Origin: Amphiscolops sp. MND2022
Taxonomy: Eukaryota
Length of the DNA: 64,000 nucleotides
Assembly: GCA_964187785.1 (NCBI GenBank)
Contig: OZ076413.1
Span: forward strand, 48,672,001 to 48,736,000
Direction: 5' to 3'
In this document: positions 14,401 through 25,172 of the stretch, piece by piece
Position numbering within the stretch: the first letter of the stretch is position 1
Layout of the letters: each line of letters begins with the position of its first letter
Translations under genes and position numbers: made by a program
Notes under the pieces: generated by a model
What the model was told of the DNA's origin: nothing
Database searches by the model: none
The model's input: only the letters and a program-made list of their open reading frames with translations

Positions 14401-17400
14401 TTAACGTTCGTCGCTTCGAGTCTGTCTTAAATAAAAAAAAACGAGTGACTGTAATAGTCGGGCTCTTTTCTTAAGAAAAGCGCCGACTAAAAACAACCAA
14501 GCAAAATTGTTTTTCTTTTTGTTCATAAAAAACATTAAACACCACTTCCATTTACTATTCTGGCAGTCAAAACACTGTCTACATGTGAATGTGTTTGCAG
14601 GGAAGCAGAGTATCACAGAAGACTGTAAAGGAGTGCAGTGTGAGGAAGAGGAGGGTCTTGACTTGCTGACACCCTGTAGTTTGCAGACAGTGGAGGAATA
14701 CGGCTGTGAGGGGGAGTCGTGTCCCCCCAACTCCAAACCCATCTTCAAGACCTGCCAACTACCCCCAGAGGCCATGCTTATGTCCCAAGACAAAAAGGTA
14801 TTCTACTGAAGAGCACCACATATACATTGTATATTCTCATGGTTCAGCGCCAGACAAAAATTAACCAGTTTAGAAACCAAGTTTTATTCAAGTTGAGTTC
14901 ATTTGTGGAACGACAAATACCGCTATGTGCAACAATACAATGAAGAAGTGATTTATGGCTGATTCAGCTAGATTTTACCAGATTAGTTCCAAGGGTGAGG
15001 GTTTGACAAAAAATAGTTTTCTACGAAATTTTCCCAATTTTAGCTGAAAATAGGGGCGCCTATCAAATTCCTTCGTACTACACACTGAAGCGTTCATAGA
15101 TTCAGTGCCCGTTCCTTTGTTATTTGCTGGAAGTACAGGAAATAGGAAAAACCCAAAAAAACCAGAATATGAAATATTCTGCGAGACAACAATTTTCTCT
15201 TTATTCATCAAGGAGCACACGTGAAAAAGAATATGAAGAAGCGGAGATTGTGTGGTGTGAAAAACCGGGGTTCAGTGGTTTTTGTCACTGACTAATTGAA
15301 GGCGTAGTTGATTTTTTGGGCGACCCATTTCGTTCTTTTTAGTCAGCGTTTGCTATGGGGAGATACTGTCCGAAATGGCGCCGAAGTAGAAAAGCAGATC
15401 TGCTCATTCGGTGCGAAGCCCGCAGAATTGGGGAATTTAACTTTCTCATGAGATAAAACACGGCTATTTTAGTGGCTTTACGTATATGTGTTTCCAATCA
15501 ATCCAGTCCAAGTTACCAAATCTTGACTTTTGAGGCTGAGTGAGAAGAAGAGTTGTTAGTTTCAATTCAACTGTATCAGAGAAGTTAACAGAAAAGTGAT
15601 TTACAAAACAAACATCAGAAGTTAATGATTATCTCCCGCTGAAATGCAAAAAGCGTGACTTGTTTTAACTGGAGAAGTTGTTCATACATAACAAAAATCT
15701 TGTTTCTAGCTTCGAAACATGCTATCACTTCTTATATTTTAAAACTCCCCCTTTTCGGAGCTCGATTACAAGTTACATTCTCCGGAGAGTCTTTTGCTGA
15801 ACATTTCAACCTTAACTTTTGCCAACGGTTTAGTTAGCAAGTCGGCAATCATTTCACTGGTTGGACAAAACTCAACATCCAAATGTCGCATTTCTATTTT
15901 TTCTTGTATGAAGCTCAACTTAATTGCAAAATGCTTCACTTTCTGAGAATTCACTGTCTTTTTAGTTATGGCGATACAAGCCTGATTGTCTACATGTACC
16001 TTAGTAGGCTTTTCAGTGTCAATTCCGATCTCGTTCGCTAGGCCCCGCAGAAACTCAAGTTCTTGAGATGCTGCGAATAACGACATTGCTTCTGCCTCAG
16101 CTGTCGAGATCGCCACCGTTGTCTGAAACTTAGAACTCCAACTAATAGCTCCTGATTCTGAGTTCAAAAAGAAGCAAAAACCACTGGTGGACCTCCTATC
16201 ATCTAACTTTCCTGCCCAGTCGGCATCACTGAAACCTGTGAGCGCGAGTGTTTTGGATTTTCTATACGTCAGTTTCCTACACTTTGTTGCCTTTAAATAC
16301 CTCAAAATGTGTTTTCCTTGTAACCAATGTTTACGGCCTTGATTTTGAACGTATCGACTTAAGGCTCTGACGGCGAAAGTTATATCAGGTCTTGTTGTGT
16401 TCGCTAAGTAATTCAAACAACCAATCATTCCACGAAAATCACAATTTTTCATCTCCTTTTGTTCTTGGCTGCCTTCGTCAGGACAGTCCGACCTACTGAT
16501 TTGTTGCTTTTCAGCAACAGGCGTAAAAAGTCCTTTGGCATCTTTCATTCCAAAGTTTTCAAGTAATTTTTCGATGTAGTTTTCTTGGAAAATTTCTGGT
16601 CTACCTTTTTCATGTCTGATTTGCATTCCCAAGAACCAGTTCAAGTCATCAACTTCACTGATCAAGAACTTTGTGCTCAGTGCTTTCTCAAATTTTTCGT
16701 AAAAATTAATATCGTCGCTACAGTAGACTAAATCGTCTGCCCAACTTGCTACAAAATCCTTATGACCGTTTCGTTCCCTCAAAAACAAACAAGGATCACT
16801 TTTGCTCGGCTTGAACTGAATGCTGAGCAAAAAATCTCTAAGTGTATTGAACCAGTTGCGACCGGACTGCTTCAATCCATAAAGTGATTTTTTCAATCTA
16901 CAAACATAGCTTTTGCCGTTAGCATTTTTCTTAACAAATCCTGGTGGTTGATCAACAAAAATTTCTTCTTCTGCACCTGCGTTCAAGTAAGCGGTTTTTA
17001 TGTCTAACTGTTTCAACTTCATTTCGTTTTGAACTGCCGAACTCAGTGAAACTCGAAGTGTTACCATTTTGACAGTCGGACTATATGTTTGATCGTAGTC
17101 AACACCTCGTTTTTGTTTAAATCCTCTAGCCACGTATCTTGCTTTGTGCCTAATAATTTCTCCTTTACTGTTTCGCTTAAGTGCAAAATGCCATTTACCT
17201 GTAACGAGGTTTTTTTCCTTCTGGCATTTCAACAATGTCTCAAACTTCATTTTTCTGTAAAGAGTCGTATTCCGCTTTCATCGCACGATACCAATCTGGA
17301 GAAGCAAGTGCATCTTCATTGCTTTCGGTAACTCTTGATCAACATAATCGCTATGGTATTCAAGCGTTTCAATTTCTTCGAACTCAGACAAACCTAAATT

Positions 17401-20400
17401 GTAAGACAAGATTCTGCTTGTACCTGGGGCGTATCTGTTGGGCGACTTGACTTTTCGTCCGTATCTAGTCGTAGTATGCACAGTCGAACTATGCGGTTGA
17501 TTTTGTGTTATACTCTCGTCGGAAATTTCGTAAACCAAAGTTTCTGGATTACCGCCTAAATCACCGTTTGGCAACTTACTCACATCTTTTATCAAGTTGT
17601 GTGTATCGGCGACTGATTCCGTGTTTTGCAACTCTACTTCACTCCCCCTTTCGTTGAGTTCGAAGAAAAATTCACTGCCACTTTCATTGTTTGCGAAAAG
17701 TGTTTTTCCTGGAAAACTAGTCTCGTTGAATTTTACATTTCGGCTACTTTTCGTGATGAGCTGTGCGCCATCGAAAAATCCGATCAGATATGACTTAGAA
17801 TTGTTGCTATAGCCGAGTAAAAAACCTTCCAAAGCTCTACTTTCAAGTTTTTTTGCTTTGGTTTCTCTAAGTACATGAATGCTTGACATCCAAAAACTCG
17901 AAAATGGGACAAATCAGGTGTCTTGTCAAAAAAATTCTCGAACGGTGTCATGCCATGAGCAGAGTGAAGGCACCGGTTTTTTATGTGGAAAGCTGCTCGG
18001 TATGCAAACGACCAAAAAGTTTCAGGTAAGCCTGCTGTTTTCAACAGACACCTCGCCATCGCGTCGATGGTTCCCCAAACTCGTTCTCTTTTACCGTTTT
18101 GTTCTGGAGTGTATTCGCAAGTAAACTCCTGATGAATTCCTTGCTGTAAACAAATGTCAGCGAAATTTCCAAACTTGAACTCTTTAGCATTATCAGTGAC
18201 AATCTTGCGAGGTTTGCCAAGCTCAGCTATAAACTTCAAAAGCTTCGTTCCGACTTCGGTTTTTGTTCTTAATAGATAAACAGCACCGAGCCTGCTGAAG
18301 CTATCAACGAATCCTAGAGCGTACTTGAATTCATCTATCGACACTGTGTTTACTGGCGATATATCTACGTGGACTATGTCTAAAGGTTTTTTAGCTCTAG
18401 TTGCAACTTTACAGCTTATCGGTAACCGCTTTGCATTTTCGGTGTTACACACATCGCAAGGTTCGTTTCGCTCATCAACTATGTTCATATCGACTACAGC
18501 CTTTGCCAAGTTTCGAACATCAATTTTGTTATTGTGAGCAAGTCGTTCATGCCATAGTTGAAGACTTGCAGTTGCGGCATTGCTTTGCTCATGCAAACAA
18601 TCAACTTGTAGATAAAACAAGTTATTTTCGCACTTTAACGGAAAACATCTTTCATCCTGAACTATGCGAGGGTTCGCATCAAAATGAACGCTCGCATTTT
18701 GTTCGTTCAGTTTTTTAATCGAAACTAAGTTTTTTGTGTATTGGGGAACGTACAACGATTGTTCAAGTTCCAAGAGTTGATCTTGGCCTTGATTGTCTTT
18801 TGCCAAGAAACTAACGGATCCTCGACCTTCAATGCTAGATTAAGTGCCGTTCGCACATTCAACATTACCCATTTTCGAAATGTCTAAGTCTCTGAAAAAT
18901 TCAGCGTCCTTTATCATGTGACTCGTGCAGCCACTGTCTATTAAAAGATCTATGTTCTTACACGTCGAATGTACTTGACTAGTATGAAACGAGAAACCTT
19001 GTTTTTCAGCAATTAGATTACTCTCATTTCGCTTCGTGTAAAAATGTTAGTTTTGAGTTGTCTCACGCGGAGCTCCTGTTTTCGACTTATTTTTCGTTTT
19101 GGGGTACTCATTTGCCTTGTGGCCTTTTGCACCACATTCGTAACACACTATGACAGACACTTTTGCTCTGCATTCACTTTGTCGGTGGCCTAATTTACCA
19201 CACTTGAAGCATTTCACGTCTTTAGTGAAATGTGAACTTGTTTCCTGTTCGGTTTGACCTCGGCAACTATCACTATCGAAATTCAAAAGATCTCGTTTTA
19301 GATCTGCAAAGGTTTTAGCATCTTGCGAAATTTTGAAAACAGTTACGAAACTTGCAAAGCTGTTCGGCAAACCTTTTAGAACTACCGAACATAGCATTTG
19401 ATCGCTAACGTTTTCTCCAACATCGGTTAGATTAAGCTGGAGTTCTTCAGCTCTCATCAAATAATCGCGCATACTTTCTTGTGAGTACATTTTTAGGTTC
19501 GTTAACTTATTCAAAAGTTGATGGATACGAGGACGTTAACGACTTTTGAAACAGTCTTGCAAAAGTTTCCAAGCCTGAGTACCGTTAGGTTTCGCTGTTT
19601 TAACTAAACTCAATGACTTTCTATCTAGACATTGAACCAGTTCACACCAAACTTCGAACTGTTTTTCTTTCAACTTGTTCTGCTCACTAGCACAATTCGC
19701 ATCTGTTTCCTCAGGCAAATTCTCCTGATCAAGAAGGACAGTTCTCAATTTCAATAAATGAAGCAGAGCTTCAAAACGTTCAGCAAAATGTTCAAAATCC
19801 TCGTCTTTTCCCGAAAACAACAATGTTTCCAACTTAGACTGTACCGTACGGTTAGTCATCTTATATCTCAGTTGTGTAAATTAACAAAGACACTCAAAAC
19901 GCTAAGGCCTTGTGAACCTGTCCTTGTGCTCCTTGACCTTGTGAGAATGTTGCTTCGATTGTTTTTCATATAAGGGCGATCGTCTGGGTCGCAAAAAACA
20001 ACTTACAAACAAAAAACGCGAATGACAGGCGTTTTGAAGCAAAAACTAAGCTCAGAAAATTTCTTATTTGCTATCGAAACGTCTGCCAGAAAAATTGTCA
20101 CTCAGATTTTTTTGTCAAGCCTAGTTAAATTTCACTGAAGTTTTTGTTGAATCTTCCAAAAAATTTTCTCAAAAACAAATTTTTACCTATGTGTACTCTC
20201 ACTCAACTTCAAACTCAACTCTACTCAGCCTAGGAAAAACAGCAAGAAAATTTACAAAAGCATCAAGAAAGTTTGAGTCTGAGTTTTGAAAAGTTTACTC
20301 GCTTCTCATCTCTGGAAGTTGACTTCTGACTGCATGGCGCAGTGGTTCACTGGAAAAAAGATTGCTTCTTTCTGCTTGACTTCTTACTTCTCGCTTCTGC

Positions 20401-23400
20401 TTGCCATCATTCGCTGCAGTGTTCAAGTGACTTCTCATCGAAAAGTGACTTCTCATCGAAAAGTGACAGCAACCTTTGTTTCAGATGATTGGCTAGGGCC
20501 CATAACCTCTTGACTTTTGAGGCTGAGTGAGACGAAGAGTTGTTAGTTTCAATTCAACTGTATTCAAGTTAACAGAAAAGTGATTTACAAAACAAACATC
20601 AGAAGTTAATGATTATCTCCCGCTGAAATACAAAAAGCGTGACTTGTTTTAACTGGAGAAGTTGTTCATACATAACAAAAATCTTGTTTCTAGCTTCGAA
20701 ACATGCTATGACTTCTTATATTTTAAAACCAAATACGGTGAATGCGATAAATACAATCTAACGAATATCACCAATGCGCCTTAGATTTAAAGAGGACCAA
20801 ACTGTTTCCAATGATTTTCCTTTTCATATTTATTTCCTTTCAAATTACAAACTATGGACTTCTTTCAAAAATTTGGATGGCCTTCCACTTGATTTATTTT
20901 ATGCATGTTTTTGGAGAGGAAATAGTCATTTGTTGAATCCAAAATGCCTCTTCGTTTTTTTTTCGCTTTTTCATCTCATAAAAGGCTTTTCGCTTTGGTT
21001 TTTGGATGCTTCAAGATGGAAAAAAGACTTAGCGCACAAAGGGTTATTTCGAACATTTTTTGGCACTAAGATTTTGAAATTTTCAAAAATAAAGGACGTA
21101 AACGACTTGAAGTAGCCATCACTTTTTGAACTTTGAGCGGGGCGTCGACTTATCGTTTTATGCCGTTCCAAGCTTGGTAATTACGTTTAGGATCACGTAG
21201 AAAACGTGAAGGTACAAACAAGACAACGTCAAGAAACTCGACAAGTAGTTTAACTGCAGACACAAAACAAAAACAAGGTACCAGAGTTTCAACATGCTTT
21301 TGTTGAAATCGCATCTTGATAATGAGATCACGTTTTGTTTTTTTTCGATGTTTTCTGATAAAAAAGCTTTTTAAAACCCTAAAGGACCTTTTCATTATTT
21401 TTTCTCAAAGTCTTTTCGATCTTTTTCAAAAACTGCTCCGAAACGATTTGAAGTACTTTGAGCTCACTTCTATTTTTCAAACAGCTTTTTCTTAAAAGCC
21501 ACCATGAGCGCATTCAAAAGATTTTGCGTTTTTATTTTCCGCCCATATTTCATATGGGAAAGGAAAATATTTAAATCGAACGGGTTTTTTTTTACAAAAT
21601 TTGCGAAGAATTTATTTATATCAAAGCTAAAGGGTTTCACTCATAGAATTCAGCTCACATAAATTTAGCTTCGTGCGAATTGTATTTGTGGAGATTTCCG
21701 GACTTTTTTAGTTGACCCCAAGGACCCAGAATGACCCCAAAATAACTTAAAAATGACCCCAAAAAAAGAAAAGTTGCATTTTTTTACGTTTTAATGCAAT
21801 TTTTGTCGAGTTTCCGATAAATGTCGTGGATTAGAATGTTGAAAAGGTTCACAAAGACAAAAACTCGTTGTCCAGTAGTCGTTTATGAAGAGATAAATCG
21901 GTTTTTTGGAAAGAAAAAGACCCAAAAATGACAAAGAAAACCAAAAATTTCCAGATTTTTAACATTTTTAAGCAGTTTTTGTCAAATTTTCGATAGAATT
22001 CGTGGACTAGAATGTTGAAAACGATCAACATGGTACAAGGCTTGTTGTCCAGTAGGCGTTTCCGAAAAGATAATGGCTGTTTTTTCACTGAAAAAAGTCT
22101 CAAATTGACACCGAAAATGACAAAAGTCCCTAAATTTTCCATTTTTCAAAGTTTCTACGCATTTCTCGTCAAATTTTGGAGACTTCGTGGATTGGAATGT
22201 TTTAAGGGGTCAACAAGGAAAACGTTGGTTGTCCAGTGACCATTTTTAAGAGTTTATTGCATTTTTCTAAATGAAAATGTCTCAAATTGACACCGAGATT
22301 GACAAAAAACACAAAATTTTCCAACTTTCAAAGTAAAGTTTTATGCCTTTTTTGTTAAAGTTTCACAGACTTCGTGGATTGGAATGTTTTGAAGGGTCAA
22401 CAATGAAAAAATTGGTACGTCCGGTAGTCTTTAATGAAGACAATTGCAGTATTCTGATTGAAAATGTCTCAAATTGACAGCGAAATTGACAAAAAACACA
22501 AAATTTTCCAACTTTCAAAGTAAAGTTTTATGCATTTTTTGTTAAGGTTTCACAGACTTCGAGGATTGGAATGTTTTGAAGGGTCAACAATGAAACAATT
22601 GGTACGTCCCGTAGTCTTTAATGAAGACATAATTGCAATATTCTGATTGAAAATGTCTCAAATTGACACCGAAAATGACAAAAATCCCAAAAATTTCCAA
22701 TTTTCAAAGATTTCATGCATTTTTTCCAAATTTTTGACAGACTTCGCCAATTGGAACGTTGAAAAGTTTCAACAAGGAAAATAAGTGTTGTCTAGTATGC
22801 TTAGAAAAGAGATAAATACAGTTTTTCAAAAGGAAATTGTCCGGAATCGAGATCGAAAAAGACAAAATTTCGAAAAATTATCAAATTCCACTTTTTCCAC
22901 TTTTTGTCAAAATATCGATAGACTTCGTGGACTACAGTGTTTAAACTCTTAAGGCGTGGGCAAACTTGTTGTTTCGGTGAGCCTTGGAAAACTGAATACT
23001 TTTGGAAAAACTGAAAATTTTCAAGTTTTTTTTACAATTTCAGGCAGTTTTTTGTTGTTTTTTTGGCCTACTTCCTTGCATAAAATGGTTTTAAACACTC
23101 AACACTAACTAATCCGGGTATCTCCAGTAGGCAATTTTCAAGAGATAACTGCATTTTTTGTTGGAATTGGTCTCAAAAACACCCAAAAATCCATGAAACA
23201 ACAAAAAAGCACAATGTTTGACAAACTAATCCCATTTTTGTTCAAGCCATGAAAGTTTTTAAGGAAGAGAAATTTCAATGACCTCAGCGTTTAAACAATA
23301 AGGTATTCAAAACGCAATTGTGGGAAAAATGGGCATGAAGTTCACCGAGTTTACAGCAAAGATGTCAAAGTTTCCGAACTTTCTTCATTTTCGACAATAT

Positions 23401-25172
23401 AGTCTCAATTTTGGACACTTTCCTAAAACTTACTTCAATCAGAAATATCATAGGCTCAGGATTGAAACGTCTAGCTACCGGTAGTGTTCCGAAGAGATAT
23501 CAGACAAGTTTATTTGCACAACTTTCAAATAGTTTACTTGGAAACGTAAATTTCAACCTCATTTGGTCAATATTTGTTAATCAAAAACCTCCAAGCAAAC
23601 TCATTAGATATGGAGTACATCTTCCTAAGAATGATGTTTCGAGCTACTCGTGGGTTAGAATGGTGTAAACATTCAACAACAGCTAAACTCGGTGTCCAGT
23701 AGACTTATTTTTGAAGAGACATCTGTAGATTCATGTTCGAAAAGTTCCTCAAATTGACCCTAAAGTTGTCAAAATTATTTGCAATTTTTGACACTTCTGG
23801 TGAAACAATTTACAATAATATAACAAACCGGGTTCGCTCAACTTTCCTAAATTTGAAACAGACCTAATTTCAAGCTTTTACCATTTTCCCTTTTACCATT
23901 TATGGCGAAACGAGTTTCAGCTCGCGAAACTGTTTTTCTCAAGCCGAAATGTGCTATGAAAGCAAGGGGTACATTTTGACCAAATGAAAGTTTCGGAAAG
24001 AGGTACAGAGTCGAAAAAAACTTGAATGAGGTATTTCCCACAATCAAGAAGAAAACTCATCAGTTCCACGTGATCAAAAGTAACAAAGAGGTCACCCTCA
24101 AGACTCGGGAAACTTGTTTCTTTTACAGAAAAACTCGAAAACTAAAAATTTTGAAAATTGTTTTTAAAAAAATATTTTCAAAAAATTGATTGAAAACTTT
24201 CTTTTTTCTCGGTAAGTCGCATAGTGCCGAAAAAACGAAAAGTGGCCAGCTCTCTGGAATGATAAATTAGGGGTTTCCTTTAAAATGGGGTACGATGAAT
24301 CAAAGTTTTCTTTTCTTCGAACTTATTGGCATTTTTATAGTGCATTGGCTTATTCTTGAGCCTCAAACTTATGTAGTTGTAGAACAGTTCGGGGCGGAAA
24401 ATATTCCGCTGCTCAGCGGGCGTCTTTTTTGAGCCTTCAGTGGGGGGGGCGTCTAGACACGTTCTCCTCTTGTTTGAAAATTTAATAATTTTGAATTTTT
24501 AACCCAGAATTTTTAATAAGTTTTGTCATTTTACTCTCTTCTTGCCGCTGCTAGCAGTAGACCAAATAAACTAGGCTATTAGTCTGATAACATTTGCACA
24601 ATGAGAAAAAAGTAGAACCAGTAAAGGTCTACACAGCTTACATAATCACAGGTTACTTTGAAACAATGGTGAAAGTGAAAACACCATCGAAGCTGATTTA
24701 ATAGAAAGTTTTTCACAAAGCCTTTTGGTTTTCCCAATTAAATATTATGAAACCTACACCAGCTTGGAACTAGATGTTATTTGATGGTAATTTTTCTGAA
24801 TTCAAGGTCGGTTCCTCGAACTCGCCGATACTGTACATAGTTGTGATTGTGGCCACTGTCATCTTCACAACCATCATCATCATCCTCATCATCTTCATCT
24901 CCAGACGCTGCCAAGGCCACCGCCACCAAGACGTCATGTCCGAAGACAGACCCTACCCGACTTACCCCCTCATAGACATGGCCAGTGGAATATCCAGGGT
25001 GCCCCCATCCATCACCAACGAGAGCTGCTACTACGGGGTCAACTCGGAACCCCTCAACATGTCCAGCAGCAACATGATCCCCCAACTTTGGAATGCCACA
25101 CAGCCACTGGGCACTTTCAACGCCAGCGATCAGCCAATCAGCAATGGCTATAATACAGTGGATTTCAGGTGA
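961..25172 (+). CDS. Semaphorin-5-like transmembrane protein, 7 coding exons: join(961-2491,5423-5575,7885-8079,10315-10635,11663-11851,14601-14797,24807-25172), ~983 aa
   Basis: Signal peptide, Sema-domain motifs (RARVIRLCAND, WSYFVKAKISC, GSAICTY), PSI domain (CEAAQDPFCFWD), TSP1 repeats (WSAWSAWSEC, WSEWSPCSSACGEGRRIRSR, WSEWTQCSSQCGQGIRTRQR), TM helix and tail. All six junctions join in frame (phases 1,1,1,1,1,0). Sema+PSI+TSP1+TM is the class-5 semaphorin architecture. Confidence 0.88.
2923..4055 (-). mobile_element. Helentron-type non-autonomous element (HINE/DINE-1-like), family A, diverged copy
   Basis: Both ends are reverse-complement matches to the termini of the 21531-24430 and 55711-56200 elements (ttttccgccc...atatgggaaagg 5' end; aatatcccgct...gcgtcttgttt 3' end). 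Confidence 0.65.
5423..5575 (+). CDS. Semaphorin exon 2 (degenerate first TSP1 repeat)
   Basis: Acceptor tttttcAG; encodes GKGRNGCAYQ...YSEWS...CECRHKHC...CPQ; the phase-compatible donor is CAAG|GCAAAA (GC donor). Confidence 0.72.
5802..5902 (+). repeat. Short tandem GCGACAATTCGT motif array (probably one arm of a foldback MITE)
   Basis: About 5 spaced copies of (g)cgacaattc(g/a)t; no partner arm found. Confidence 0.5.
6565..7215. repeat. Interspersed AT-rich repeat related to the interior of HINE family B
   Basis: Repeated tcgca(t/c)agtgccgaaa and aaggg(g)accc motifs, also present at 14128-14290 and 24216; tRNA A-box-like TGGTCTAGTGGTAAGA on - at ~7102-7118. Confidence 0.45.
7885..8079 (+). 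CDS. Semaphorin exon 3 (TSP1 repeat)
   Basis: CPVAGNWSAWSAWSECVNNQRTKERRCDSPEPKYGGQDCVG; pyrimidine tract + aAG acceptor; donor G|GTCAGT. Confidence 0.85.
   Translation, partial: VPLLWTCPSAQWRETGVHGVHGASASTTRGQKSGAVTVPNPSTEDRTAWGQRSYTRSVTNKKSL
8270..9349. mobile_element. Foldback MITE with tandem-repeat inverted arms (GCGACAACTCATATCAA)n
   Basis: Arms at ~8277-8365 and ~9208-9343 in opposite orientation; 8-bp flanking duplication GAATTTGG (8262-8269, 9350-9357). Confidence 0.75.
8517..9034. mobile_element. Nested foldback MITE with (CATTTCGCCTAA)n arms
   Basis: ggtcatttcgcctaatgccatttcgcctaa ... ttaggcgaaatggcattaggcgaaatgacc; 8-bp TSD CTCTCTTA (8509-8516, 9035-9042). Confidence 0.78.
10315..10635 (+). 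CDS. Semaphorin exon 4 (TSP1 repeats)
   Basis: Acceptor ccctttttAG; VSDWSTW...WSEWSPCSSACGEGRRIRSRRKCL; donor G|GTTAGT. Confidence 0.87.
11663..11851 (+). CDS. Semaphorin exon 5 (TSP1 repeat)
   Basis: Acceptor ttcattgtAG; LVCNEVETSTEVCKERECP...CWSEWTQCSSQCGQGIRTRQRICP; donor G|GTAGGC (not in the ORF track because it has no start codon). Confidence 0.87.
12490..13141. mobile_element. hAT-type MITE
   Basis: TIRs TAGGGCCA..AAAATCACGCGCG / CGCGCGTGATTTT..TGGCCCTA; 8-bp TSD AACAAAAG (12482-12489, 13142-13149). Confidence 0.82.
13449..13633. mobile_element. Mutator-like foldback MITE with (CATTACGCCCAA)n arms
   Basis: Inverted tandem arms, GG...CC ends, 9-bp TSD ACAATGTAA (13440-13448, 13634-13642). 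Confidence 0.8.
14016..14493 (-). mobile_element. Helentron-type non-autonomous element, family B
   Basis: Subterminal inverted repeat agtcggcgc/gcgccgact and T-rich ends; termini match the + copy at 34124-34465. Confidence 0.65.
14601..14797 (+). CDS. Semaphorin exon 6 (Cys-rich juxtamembrane region)
   Basis: Acceptor gtttgcAG; KQSITEDCKGVQC...CEGESCP...KTC; donor AAG|GTATTC, phase 0. Confidence 0.8.
15521..15744 (-). repeat. Copia 3' LTR (224 bp)
   Basis: Direct repeat of 20508-20728; differs by 3 substitutions plus one small complex indel. Confidence 0.92.
15745..15755 (-). promoter_or_regulatory. Copia polypurine tract (AAAAGGGGGAG)
   Basis: Purine run directly abutting the 3' LTR on the element strand. 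Confidence 0.85.
15766..19000 (-). pseudogene. Copia pol (protease, integrase, RT, RNase H), frameshifted; upper bound approximate
   Basis: PR DLLIDSGCTSHM (~18915-18950); IN LWHERLAH/CDVC, VHVD, TDNAKEF, TPEQNG; RT KARYVARGF, LKKSLYGLKQSGRNW, WADD; RH GFSDADWA, ADLLTKPL. Confidence 0.93.
19047..19859 (-). pseudogene. Copia gag, disrupted
   Basis: ORFs 19536-19859 and 19047-19514; UBN2-like VLKGLP region; zinc knuckles CFKCGKLGHRQSEC and CYECGAKGHKANE(Y). Confidence 0.88.
20496..20507 (-). promoter_or_regulatory. Copia primer-binding site GGTTATGGGCCC (half-tRNAiMet type)
   Basis: Directly adjacent to the 5' LTR; same motif as the Drosophila copia (Hemivirus) PBS. Confidence 0.8.
20508..20728 (-). 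repeat. Copia 5' LTR (221 bp)
   Basis: Direct repeat of 15521-15744. Confidence 0.92.
21531..24430 (+). mobile_element. Helentron-type non-autonomous element, family A, long copy with an internal ~185-bp tandem array
   Basis: subTIRs attttccgccc (21534-21544) / gggcggaaaat (24392-24402); 3' hairpin ccgctg-ct-cagcgg (24406-24419); T-rich ends; units marked by gacttcgtgga-like motifs at ~22181, 22368, 22555, 22740, 22921. Confidence 0.72.
24807..25172 (+). CDS. Semaphorin exon 7 (TM helix + cytoplasmic tail)
   Basis: Phase-0 acceptor ttcaAG; ILYIVVIVATVIFTTIIIILIIFISRR TM helix, Tyr-rich tail, TGA at 25170-25172. Confidence 0.8.
   Translation, partial: VGSSNSPILYIVVIVATVIFTTIIIILIIFISRRCQGHRHQDVMSEDRPYPTYPLIDMASGISRVPPSITNESCYYGVNSEPLNMSSSNMIPQLWNATQPLGTFNASDQPISNGYNTVDFR

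Larger units (their letters stand above)
15521..20728 (-). mobile_element. Full-length decayed Ty1/copia LTR retrotransposon in semaphorin intron 6
   Basis: Two ~220-bp LTRs, 5-bp TSD CCAAA (15516-15520, 20729-20733), PBS, PPT, gag-PR-IN-RT-RH order; several frameshifts and stops. Confidence 0.95.
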
